This document shows, one piece after another, positions 49,922-58,832 of a stretch of DNA of 64,000 bases. Made by a program: the position numbers and the translations under genes. Source of the DNA: an uncultured Acidobacteriota bacterium (lineage in GTDB: Bacteria > Acidobacteriota > Vicinamibacteria > Vicinamibacterales > CAVVIG01); contig CAVXGU010000003.1 of the NCBI GenBank assembly GCA_963761615.1, positions 907,538 to 971,537 of the forward strand. The letters run 5' to 3'. The stretch's first letter is position 1, and the number at the start of each line of letters is the position of its first letter. The notes under the pieces are model-generated. The model did no database searches. It was not told the DNA's origin and was given only the letters and a program-made list of their open reading frames with translations.

Positions 49922-51712
49922 GTGTCGTTCGTCGTGCCGGTGCGCAACGGTGTCGCGTGGATCCAGGCGACGCTCGAGTCGATTGCCGCTCAGGCGACCG
50001 ACGGGCTGCAGACCGAGATCGTCGTCGTCGACGATCGCAGCGACGATGGGTCATCCGAACTGCTGCGCGAGCTGGCGTGCCGTCGCCCGATCCGTATTGT
50101 CGAGGGCACCGGGCGCGGAGCGGCCGCGGCGTTGAACACCGGGATCCGCGCGGCCATGTTTCCCATCGTCTGCCAGGTCGATCAGGACGTCGAGGTGCGC
50201 CCCGGCTGGCTGCGCGCCCTGATGGCTCATTTCGAGGATCCCGCCGTGGCGGCCGTGCAGGGCTGCTACCAGACCGATCCACGTGCCGGCGTCTGTGCGC
50301 GGGTGATGGGGCTCGACCTGGAACAGCGCTATGCCGCCATCGGTGGCCTGGATACCGACCACGTGTGCACCGGCAACGCCGCCTATCGAGTCGACGCCGT
50401 CCGTGCCGTGGGCGGCTTCGACGAATCGCTCGGCTACGGCTATGACAACGACCTGAGCTACCGCCTGCGCGGCGCCGGGCATCGTCTCGTGTTCTGCCGG
50501 GAGGCGCGCAGCCTCCATCACTGGCGCGAGGGGCTGGGCGGCTACCTCCGCCAGCAGTACGGATTCGGCTACGGCCGTCTCGATCTGGTCGCGAAGCACC
50601 CGCGTCGCATTCGCGGCGACCGGGTGTCTCCGCTCTCGATGATGCTGCACCCGCTGGTCGCCGCCCTGACGCTTGGCGCGTTCGCCGTGGCCGCCGTCGC
50701 GGCGGCCGTCGGCCGGTCCGCCGTCCCCTTCGCGCTCGCCGGTGCGCTGCTCGCGGGAGCGCTGCTCGTCGAGCGCGCCGTCGCCGGGATTCGGGCCGCG
50801 CGGCGATTCGGGTGCTGGACGCCCCTCGTGTTCCCGGCGCTGCACGCCGGGCGGGATCTCGCCTGGGTGGCCGCGATGGCGGCGTGGTCGGCGAGGCGGC
50901 TGGGCGGGCGGGCGGCGAAGCCCGAGCACAGCATGTCTCGGCGCAGGCGAGAGAAGGCGGCGCCCGGCGTGGCGCGGCTCGTGAAGCCCGCGGGTCCGCC
51001 CACGCGCGTCCTGGCCCTCATTCCGGCGTACAACGAGGCCGCGAATCTCCCCGCGGTCGTTGCCGACGTGCGCCGCTGCCATCCGGCCCTCGACGTCCTC
51101 GTGGTGGACGACGGGTCGACCGACGGCACCGCCCTGTTGCTCGACGACCTCGACGTGCGGTGGATGCGCTTTCCCGAGCGCCTGGGGGTCGGCAGCGCCG
51201 TGCGCGCCGGCCTGCGGTACGCGGCCCGCATCGGCTTCGACGCGGTCGTCCGGATGGACGGCGACGGACAGCACGGCGCCGACGATGTCGACCGGCTTCT
51301 GGCGCCGCTCCGGAATGGATCGGCGGACGTCGTGCTGGGATCGCGCTATGCGACGCAGGCAGTCAGGCCGTCTGGCATCGCGCCGCTCGCCGTGCGTGTC
51401 CTCGCGGCCTGCCTGTCCGCCGTGACGCGCCGCCGCGTGACCGATCCCACGTCGGGCTTCTACGCCGTGGGGCCGCGCGCGATCCGGCTGCTCGCGGAGC
51501 ACCATCCGACGGGCTATCCAGAGCCGGAACTGCGGCTCTTCCTGAGCCGAAACGGGCTGCGCACGGTCGAAGTCCCGGTGCGGGCGCGCGCGCGGATGGC
51601 CGGTCGCACGTCGCTGACAGCCGGACGTCTGGCCGCGGCGGGCGCTCGCGTGGCGCTCGCGCTCCTCATCGTGCCCCTGCGATCGCCGGTGAAAGGGCCT
51701 GCGGGTGACTGA
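49922..51712 (+). CDS. Double GT2 protein: membrane-associated GT2 plus DPM1/PpgS-like polyprenol-phosphate sugar synthase domain
   Basis: First GT2 (VDDRSDD, VDQD, TM segment); second GT2 IPAYNEA, VDDGSTDGT, MDGDGQH, VLGSR and TDPTSGF. Confidence 0.85.
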   Translation: MSFVVPVRNGVAWIQATLESIAAQATDGLQTEIVVVDDRSDDGSSELLRELACRRPIRIVEGTGRGAAAALNTGIRAAMFPIVCQVDQDVEVRPGWLRALMAHFEDPAVAAVQGCYQTDPRAGVCARVMGLDLEQRYAAIGGLDTDHVCTGNAAYRVDAVRAVGGFDESLGYGYDNDLSYRLRGAGHRLVFCREARSLHHWREGLGGYLRQQYGFGYGRLDLVAKHPRRIRGDRVSPLSMMLHPLVAALTLGAFAVAAVAAAVGRSAVPFALAGALLAGALLVERAVAGIRAARRFGCWTPLVFPALHAGRDLAWVAAMAAWSARRLGGRAAKPEHSMSRRRREKAAPGVARLVKPAGPPTRVLALIPAYNEAANLPAVVADVRRCHPALDVLVVDDGSTDGTALLLDDLDVRWMRFPERLGVGSAVRAGLRYAARIGFDAVVRMDGDGQHGADDVDRLLAPLRNGSADVVLGSRYATQAVRPSGIAPLAVRVLAACLSAVTRRRVTDPTSGFYAVGPRAIRLLAEHHPTGYPEPELRLFLSRNGLRTVEVPVRARARMAGRTSLTAGRLAAAGARVALALLIVPLRSPVKGPAGD

Positions 51713-52073
51713 TCGCTTCCAGGTGACCGGATTGATCGCCGGCGCGGCGCTGCTCGTGGCCGTCCTCGAACTCGTGCGCCGGCGGAAGCTCACCGAGGAG
51801 TACTCGCTCCTCTGGATCGTTTCGGCGCTCGCGCTTCTCGGCCTCTCGGCACGGCGCGGCATCCTCGAGACGATGGCCGCGTGGCTCGGCATGAAGGATC
51901 TGCCGCTCTTCGTGGCCCTGCTGGTTCTCGGCGCGGCGTGTGCAGCGGCGCTCGGCTTCTCGGTGATCATGTCCCGGCAGCGACGGCAGATCGAGCGGCT
52001 GACCGAGGAGGCGGCCATCCTGTCCGCCGAGCTGCGCGACCTCAGGGCCTCGCGATCGAAGACGGGTCGGTGA
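51705..52073 (+). CDS. DUF2304-like small membrane protein
   Basis: LELVRRRKLTEEYSLLW, 3 TMs and a C-terminal coiled coil; directly downstream of the DPM1-like GT2. Confidence 0.85.
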   Translation: MTDRFQVTGLIAGAALLVAVLELVRRRKLTEEYSLLWIVSALALLGLSARRGILETMAAWLGMKDLPLFVALLVLGAACAAALGFSVIMSRQRRQIERLTEEAAILSAELRDLRASRSKTGR

Positions 52074-54357
52074 CGCCGGCGCCGAACCGTCCGGCGGCGT
52101 AGTCGCGGGTGCCGCGGATGACGGCGGCCACGCGTCCGCCCACGCTGCCGCCACCGGGTTTCACGGCGTGAGCGAGATTCAGGGCGACGATCGACGCCGT
52201 GCGGAGCATCGTCGCAGCGGCTCCCGTGTCCGGGGCGATTTTGGCCGCGAGCCGCAGGTGGTTACGGGCGGCGAAGTAGAGCTGCTCCCGGGAGCGGCGG
52301 CCGATCGATCGGCTGCCTTCGTGATAGGCGACGGCGCGGCCCGCGAGCACCGTCAGGAACCCGGCCTGTCGCGCACGCAGGCAGAAGTCCAGGTCTTCGA
52401 ATCCGAAGAAATAGTCCTCGTCGAACAGACCGACGGCATCGAACACGTCGCGCCGCACCAGCATGACGCAGCCGCTGACGGCGTCCACGGTGCGGGCGGA
52501 CGGCAGCGCGGTCAGGTCTGCCTCCTCGTCCGCGCCCGTCACGCGCATGCGTCCGGTTCCGGGTGCGAAACTGAGACCGCGCGAGTCGATCCGATCCGGC
52601 TCGGACCTCCGAAGGACGACAGGTCCGGCGATGCCGGCGCCAGGCGTCGAATCGAGGGCGAGTCGCAGACGGGTTACGCAGTCCGGACGAATGACGACGT
52701 CGCTGTTGACCAGCAGGATCGCCTCCGCGCCTCGTGCCAGCGCGTGCCTGATGCCGGTGTTCGTGCCTCCGGCGAAGCCGAGGTTGCGGCCCGTGTGGAT
52801 TCGCGTCACGGGCGCCGGCGCGCGCGCCAGCGCGCGGCCCAGGGCGTCCGCGGAATCGTCGCCTGCCGGGGCGTTTTCGACGACCACGAGCCCGTCGGGG
52901 GGCGTGTTCAACGCGAGAAGCGACCGGACCGCCAGCAGGGTGTCGTCCGGAGTCCGGTAGTCGAGCACGACTGCGCCGAGACGCGCGTGAGACGGAGCCG
53001 GGTCCGCGTGCTCGCGATACAGCCTCCGCGCGACCTGGACGTCGTCGGCGATGTCCCGCACCTCGGGCCGGCCGGCGCGCAGGCGGGACAGCAGCTGCGG
53101 GTCCGAGAGCACGCGGTCGAGAGCGTGCGCGAGCGCCTCCGCGTCCCCGGGCGTGAAGAGCAGCCCGTTCACCCCGTCGTCCACGATCTCGGGAATGCCC
53201 CCGATCCGGGAGGCGACGATCGGGACGCCGGCCAGAAAGGCTTCGTGTATGACGAACGGGCTGTTCTCCGGCCAGATCGACGGCACGACCAGCACGTCGA
53301 TGGATGCGAGCGCCTCCGGCACGCGCTCGTGCGGGATCGGGCCGTGGACGTGGACGTCCGGATGGTCGAGCAGCGGGGCCAGCCGCTCCCGGTAGCCGTC
53401 GTCGCCGTGATAGTCCGCCGTCGGTCCGAACAGCTCGACCGACGCGCGGCCCTGCGGCAGGCGACCGAAGGCTTCGAGCAGCAGATGAGGCGCTTTCGAC
53501 GCCATCAGCGTGCCGAGGAATCCGATCCGGAGGCGATCGCCCGGTCGCCGACCGCCATGGCGGAACGCCGTCGGGTCGAGGCCGTACGGCGACCACGTGA
53601 TCCGTCCGGTTGGAATGCCGAACCTGATGAACCTCTCGCGTATGAACTGCGACGGCGCGAGGAAGTGCGTGATGTCGTCGCACAGCGTGCGCATGTGCCT
53701 CACGCGCGCCTCGGCCTGGCTCCTGGCGACACCGTCCCGCGCGATCGCGCAGGCCAGCCGGGCGGCCGCCTGGTGCAGGGCCCGCCCGGGCCGTGCCGGG
53801 AGAACCTGCTCGACCGCTCGAATCGCCGCCGCGCCAAGGAACGTCGCGGCCGACGCGCCCCCGGCGGTGCCGACGCAGGGCGGGCAGCCGGCCGGTTCGT
53901 GTGCCTCCGGACCGTCGCAGACATGACCCTCCGGGTCGAGGAGCTGTCCTCGGTGGCAGATCAGCCAGTAGTCGTGCAGCGTCATCACGCAGGGAACGCG
54001 TCTGGCGGCGAGCGAGCGCACGATGGAGGTCGACAGCCCGGTCAGGTGATGGACGTGCGCCGCCTCGGGCGCGATCTCGTCGACGAGGCGATCGGCCAGT
54101 GGGCCGATGACGGGATCGAGGTACGTGTCCGCGAACGCGCGCACGCGGCGACACGTGTTGTTGACCCACACGACGCGCAGTCCGCCGTCGTCGGTGGATC
54201 GCACGTCGCCATCCGGCCTGGAGGGGTCCTCCTCGCGCGTCAGCACGACCACCTCGTCGCCGAGCTTGTGCAGGGCACGGGCCTGTGCCCGCGCGTACAG
54301 TTCGGCGCCGGCCGATGCGGCCGGGGGGAACCCGTGGGTGACGACGAGGACCCGCAT
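52042..54357 (-). CDS. GT4-GT2 bifunctional glycosyltransferase
   Basis: MRVLVVTHGFPP, TLHDYW and PSIWPENSPFVIHEA; then NLGFAGG, LVNSD and FEDLDFC. Confidence 0.88.
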   Translation of the reverse strand: MRVLVVTHGFPPAASAGAELYARAQARALHKLGDEVVVLTREEDPSRPDGDVRSTDDGGLRVVWVNNTCRRVRAFADTYLDPVIGPLADRLVDEIAPEAAHVHHLTGLSTSIVRSLAARRVPCVMTLHDYWLICHRGQLLDPEGHVCDGPEAHEPAGCPPCVGTAGGASAATFLGAAAIRAVEQVLPARPGRALHQAAARLACAIARDGVARSQAEARVRHMRTLCDDITHFLAPSQFIRERFIRFGIPTGRITWSPYGLDPTAFRHGGRRPGDRLRIGFLGTLMASKAPHLLLEAFGRLPQGRASVELFGPTADYHGDDGYRERLAPLLDHPDVHVHGPIPHERVPEALASIDVLVVPSIWPENSPFVIHEAFLAGVPIVASRIGGIPEIVDDGVNGLLFTPGDAEALAHALDRVLSDPQLLSRLRAGRPEVRDIADDVQVARRLYREHADPAPSHARLGAVVLDYRTPDDTLLAVRSLLALNTPPDGLVVVENAPAGDDSADALGRALARAPAPVTRIHTGRNLGFAGGTNTGIRHALARGAEAILLVNSDVVIRPDCVTRLRLALDSTPGAGIAGPVVLRRSEPDRIDSRGLSFAPGTGRMRVTGADEEADLTALPSARTVDAVSGCVMLVRRDVFDAVGLFDEDYFFGFEDLDFCLRARQAGFLTVLAGRAVAYHEGSRSIGRRSREQLYFAARNHLRLAAKIAPDTGAAATMLRTASIVALNLAHAVKPGGGSVGGRVAAVIRGTRDYAAGRFGAGVTDPSSIARP

Positions 54358-55295
54358 CACGCCGTCCGCGTCGGACGCGCCGGCGCGGGCGATTCCCTCA
54401 TCGCGGAGCGTGGACCAAGATACTGGCCGAGCGGCCACGCGACGGCGAGTCCGAGGGCCCGCCACGCGGACAGACTCTGCGGGCTTTCGCGATGGCACCG
54501 CCAGTGAAGGATCGTCGACGACGCGATCGCCCGTGCGAGCGCGGCCACGGTCGGCACCGTCTCGATCTCGAACAGCTCGTACAGGCGGCGGTGGAGTCGA
54601 CACGTGCGGGCGAGCTCCTCGCGGGCCGATCGATCATGCGAATGGACGACGGCCGCGCCCGGGACGTACGCGACGCGAAATCCCGCTAGCAGCACGTCCC
54701 TGGCCCATGCGAGATCTTCGGCGATCGGGGTCCGCGGGAAGGGATGATCACGCCAGACCGAGCGCCGGATGCACGAGCAGACGTTGTCGAACGCACAGCG
54801 ATCCATCCTCGCGATCGGCTCGAGGGCCATCAGTTCGGATGCGCCGGCCAGGGAGGACACGCGCGGCTCGGTCCCCGCACCCGACCACCGCGCCAGATAG
54901 TGGCGCGCCAGCGCGCTGGCGGTCGGGCTGGGCAGCTGGCGGGCGAACGCTCCGGCCAGCCGCGGATCGGCCGCGAACGGCGCGGTCAGGCCGGTCAACC
55001 AGTCCTCCGACGCCGGCACCGCGTCCTGGACCAGGAGCACGACCAGATCGCCGGACGATCGCTCGACGCCCAGATTCCGCGTGGCGCCGTGGTCGAACGT
55101 CTCGGCGTCGATCGAGACCAGTCGATCGACGCGGCCGCGCAGCAGGTCCGGCGTGCCATCGACGGACGCGGAGTCGACGGCGACGATCTCGAACGGGCGC
55201 TCGACGTGCTGGCGGGCGAGGGCGTCCAGCACACCGGGGAGCGTGGCCGCGCCGTTGCGCGTGGGAATCACGACCGAGACGGACGGGACGCTCAT
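54357..55295 (-). CDS. GT2 glycosyltransferase (rhamnosyltransferase-like)
   Basis: VSVVIPTRNG, FDHGATRN, LLVQDAVP, FDNVCS and AEDLAWA. Confidence 0.88.
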   Translation of the reverse strand: MSVPSVSVVIPTRNGAATLPGVLDALARQHVERPFEIVAVDSASVDGTPDLLRGRVDRLVSIDAETFDHGATRNLGVERSSGDLVVLLVQDAVPASEDWLTGLTAPFAADPRLAGAFARQLPSPTASALARHYLARWSGAGTEPRVSSLAGASELMALEPIARMDRCAFDNVCSCIRRSVWRDHPFPRTPIAEDLAWARDVLLAGFRVAYVPGAAVVHSHDRSAREELARTCRLHRRLYELFEIETVPTVAALARAIASSTILHWRCHRESPQSLSAWRALGLAVAWPLGQYLGPRSAMRESPAPARPTRTA

Positions 55296-56686
55296 GGCAC
55301 GACGGCGGCCCGTTCCCGCCGGTCGAGGAGCGTCGCATACGTCGCTTCCCACTCGCGCGCGTCGTCCTCGATCGATTTCACGGCCGGCAATGCCCGGCTC
55401 GCGGCGGTCAGCGCGTCGAGCAGGGGCGGATCGTCTACCAGTCTGCGGAGCACCGACGCCAGGGCGGGCGCGGAGGACGGCTCGTACAGCAGCCCGGTGT
55501 GGCCCTCCTCGATCAGGTCGGGCAGGCCGCCCAGGCGGGACGCCACGACCGGGAGGCCGGCTGCCCTTGCCTCGTGAACGACGAGCGGCGAGTTCTCCAT
55601 CCAGAGCGACGGGACGACGAGCACGTCGATTCCGCCATAGACGGCGTCGATGTCGCTCCGCTCGAAGCCGCCGGCGAAGGTCACCGGCAGCCCGGCGGCC
55701 CGCCGGCGCAGCCCGGACGCGTACGCAGCGGAGACCTCGGTGCGTCCGAAGATCGTCAGCTCGTACGAGTTCGCCGGCAGCTCGCGCACCGCGTCGATGA
55801 GGACGTGCACGCCCTTGTGCCAGACGAGCGTGCCCACGAAGCCGATCCGAAGGCGATCGCCCCGGGAGGGTCGCGTCGGAAGCCGGGCCATCGGCGGCAG
55901 GCCGTAATCCGACAGGCGAATCTTCGCGGGCGGGATGCCGAGTCGGACGAACTCATGGAGGATTGCGGCGGACGGCGCGGCGAAGAGGTCGATCTGTTCG
56001 AACGTGCGGCGGGCTGCCGCGAGCCGGGCCTCGATTTCGCTCGGGGTCACCGACAGGAGCGGCAGGCGGCGGGCAAGGCGGACCGCGGCGGCGGAGAGGC
56101 CGGGCAGACGTCTGGTTGCCGCCGCGATCTGTCGCTGCACGGCCGGTGGGGCGCTCGCGCGATCGGTCATCGCGCTGAACGACGCCTGGGCGAACAAGGG
56201 CGACTCGCGGAAGCACGTCGCGCAGCGGCCGGGGTCGATGGTATGGCAGACGTGTGCTTCCGACTGGTGGATCCGCTGGCCCCCCGACGGGCACACCAGG
56301 GAGTAGTCGTGGAGTGTGGCGGCCACGGGCACGCCGCGCGCATGGGCCGCGCGGGGCAGGTCTAACGACAGGTTGAGCAGGCTGTGCAGGTGGACGATGT
56401 CGGGTTGCACGGCATCGAGCACCTGAGCAAGGCGCTTGCCGATCAGCGGCGGCCGGTAGGTGTCCTCGAACGAACGGCAGCGCCAGTTATTGACGAGCTC
56501 GATTACCGGCAGCGCGTCGACCACGCGCCACGTCACGTGGCCGTGGGGGCGCCCGGGATCGAACTCGGCGCAGAGCACGTTGACGTGGTGGCGGGCCGCC
56601 AGTGCACGACAGAGGTCGAGGGCGTAGATCTCCGATCCCGCCTGGTGGCGGGGCAGGAAGTCGTGGATAGCGTGGAGGATACGCAG
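55292..56686 (-). CDS. GT4 glycosyltransferase (start uncertain: CTG 56686 or ATG 56782)
   Basis: RILHAIHDFLP..AGSE, TLHDY and PSLWMENSPLVVHEA; paralog of the GT4 domain of 52042..54357. Confidence 0.87.
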   Translation of the reverse strand: MRILHAIHDFLPRHQAGSEIYALDLCRALAARHHVNVLCAEFDPGRPHGHVTWRVVDALPVIELVNNWRCRSFEDTYRPPLIGKRLAQVLDAVQPDIVHLHSLLNLSLDLPRAAHARGVPVAATLHDYSLVCPSGGQRIHQSEAHVCHTIDPGRCATCFRESPLFAQASFSAMTDRASAPPAVQRQIAAATRRLPGLSAAAVRLARRLPLLSVTPSEIEARLAAARRTFEQIDLFAAPSAAILHEFVRLGIPPAKIRLSDYGLPPMARLPTRPSRGDRLRIGFVGTLVWHKGVHVLIDAVRELPANSYELTIFGRTEVSAAYASGLRRRAAGLPVTFAGGFERSDIDAVYGGIDVLVVPSLWMENSPLVVHEARAAGLPVVASRLGGLPDLIEEGHTGLLYEPSSAPALASVLRRLVDDPPLLDALTAASRALPAVKSIEDDAREWEATYATLLDRRERAAVVP

Positions 56687-56780
56687 GCGCCGATTATCGC
56701 ATCGGCGGGCGTCGGTGCCTTGATCGACCCGGGGGGCTATCGTACGATGCGGTTCGCGCCGACAAGCAACGAGGGGATCC

Positions 56781-57416
56781 ATGCGCTATCAGTTGTCGTC
56801 CATCGTCGTCGCGGCGTCGATGCTGGCCGGTGTCTCCGCGCCCGCATTCGCGCAGTCGCTCGCCGACATCGCTCGCCAGGAAGCCGAGCGCCGCAAGCAC
56901 ATCACCGAACCGGGGAAGGTCTACACGGAAAAGGACCTCATCCCGGCGCTGCCGCCCAGCACGCCGCCACCGGCGGCCACGCCGGCTGCCGACACCACGG
57001 ACACGACGCCGGCCACCGACACCGACGCCAACGCGCCGGCGACACCGCCGGCGACTCCGGCCGACGGCACCGCCACGCCCGCTGCCGCCGGTCCGGGCGC
57101 GCCGCCCGCCGCGCCACCGGCCGACACGTCGAAGGACCAGGCCGCCTGGTCTAAGAAGATGAAGGATCTGCAGGACAAGCTGGAGCAGGACCGCGTGCTG
57201 CTCGACGCGATGCAGACCCGAATCAACGCCCTGACGGCCGATTTCACGGCTCGCGACGATCCCGCGCAGCGGGCCGTCATCGAGCAGGATCGCAACAAGG
57301 CGCTGAGCGAGCTCGATCGGCTCCGCAAGGCCGTCGTGGACGACGAGAAGGCGATCGCGGACCTTCAGGATCAAGCCCGGCGGGCCGGCGTGCCGCCCGG
57401 GTGGCTGCGGTCCTGA
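56781..57416 (+). CDS. Secreted protein of unknown function with Pro/Thr/Ala linker and coiled coil
   Basis: Signal peptide ending AFA; QSLADIARQEAERRK..KVYTEKDL; C-terminal ARRAGVPPGWLR; RBS GAGGGG. Confidence 0.85.
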   Translation: MRYQLSSIVVAASMLAGVSAPAFAQSLADIARQEAERRKHITEPGKVYTEKDLIPALPPSTPPPAATPAADTTDTTPATDTDANAPATPPATPADGTATPAAAGPGAPPAAPPADTSKDQAAWSKKMKDLQDKLEQDRVLLDAMQTRINALTADFTARDDPAQRAVIEQDRNKALSELDRLRKAVVDDEKAIADLQDQARRAGVPPGWLRS

Positions 57417-58832
57417 TTGGCGGCGAGCTCCAGCCGGGGAACCGATCTCCCCATCCTGATCGTCGAGGACAAGGACTCGCTGCGCGCGATGCTGCGCCAT
57501 GCCCTCGAGGCGCAGGGGCACGTGGTCGTCGAGGCGCGCGATCAGGACGAGGCGGTCCGCGCCCTGCACGACGCCCGGCCGGCGGTCGTCCTGACCGATC
57601 TCCGCCTGCCATCGGGTGACGGGCTGGGTGTCCTCCGGGCGGCGAAGGATCTGGAAGCCGAGCTGCCGGTGATCGTGATGACGGCGTTCGGCAGCGTGCA
57701 GGACGCGGTCTCGGCGATGAAGGACGGAGCGCTCGACTTCCTCGCCAAGCCCGTGGATCCCGACCACCTGCTGCTGCTGGTCGAGCGGGCCCTGGCCCAG
57801 CGGCGGCTGGCCACCGAGAACATCCTGCTGCGCGAGGAGCTGGCGGCGCGGCGCGGCGCTCCGCAGATCATCGGCGACGATCCCAAACTCCGGCAGGTCT
57901 CCAGTGCGCTGCACCGGGCGGCCGGCACCGACGCCACGGTCCTCATCGAGGGCGAGAGCGGCACGGGCAAGGAGCTCTTCGCCCGCGCACTCCACGCGCT
58001 CAGCGCGCGCGCCGACGGCCCCTTCGTGGCGATCAACTGCGCGGCGATCCCCGAGACGCTGCTCGAGACCGAGCTCTTCGGCCACGAGAAGGGCGCCTTC
58101 ACGGGCGCGGTCGCCCGCAAGCCCGGCAAGTTCGAGCTGGCACACCGGGGCACGCTCTTCCTCGACGAGATCGGCGACCTGCCGCTCGCGCTGCAGGCCA
58201 AGATCCTGCGGGCGCTCGAGCTGAAGCGCTTCGAGCGCGTCGGCGGCACGGCGTCCATCCAGGTCGACGTCCGCGTGGTGGCGGCGACCAACCGACAGCT
58301 CAAGGCCGCGGTCGCGGCCCGGCAGTTCCGGGAGGATCTCTACTTCCGTCTCTCGGTGTTTCCCATCACGGTGCCGGCCCTGCGGGATCGGCCCGGCGAC
58401 ATCCCGACGCTGGCGCGGCACTTCGTCGATCGCTTCTGCCGCGACATCAACAAGAAGCCGTTCGTGCTCGCACCGTCGGCCGTGGACGCGCTGATCGGCT
58501 ACCCGTGGCCCGGTAACGTGCGCGAGCTCCAGAACTGCATCGAGCGCGCGGTGATCCTCACCGAGGGCGACACGATCCACGCCCGCCACCTGCAGCTGGC
58601 GGCGCCGCCGTCGGCCGTGCCGGCCGACATCGCCGTGCACCCGCTGGCCTCGGTGGATCTGTCGGGCACGCTTCCCGAGGCCTCGAAGCGCGTCCAGCGG
58701 GCGCTGGAGCGGTGGAAGATCGAAGAGGCGCTGCAGGCGGCCGGTGGCGACACGGGCCTGGCCGCGGAGACGCTGCAGCTCGGCTACCGCGTCCTCGTCG
58801 GCAAGCTCAGGGAGTACGGCATTACTTCTTGA
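57417..58832 (+). CDS. Second sigma-54-dependent response regulator (NtrC family)
   Basis: REC (ILIVED, TDLRLP), GESGTGKE, ELFGHEKGAFTGA, WPGNVREL and HTH. Confidence 0.92.
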   Translation: MAASSSRGTDLPILIVEDKDSLRAMLRHALEAQGHVVVEARDQDEAVRALHDARPAVVLTDLRLPSGDGLGVLRAAKDLEAELPVIVMTAFGSVQDAVSAMKDGALDFLAKPVDPDHLLLLVERALAQRRLATENILLREELAARRGAPQIIGDDPKLRQVSSALHRAAGTDATVLIEGESGTGKELFARALHALSARADGPFVAINCAAIPETLLETELFGHEKGAFTGAVARKPGKFELAHRGTLFLDEIGDLPLALQAKILRALELKRFERVGGTASIQVDVRVVAATNRQLKAAVAARQFREDLYFRLSVFPITVPALRDRPGDIPTLARHFVDRFCRDINKKPFVLAPSAVDALIGYPWPGNVRELQNCIERAVILTEGDTIHARHLQLAAPPSAVPADIAVHPLASVDLSGTLPEASKRVQRALERWKIEEALQAAGGDTGLAAETLQLGYRVLVGKLREYGITS

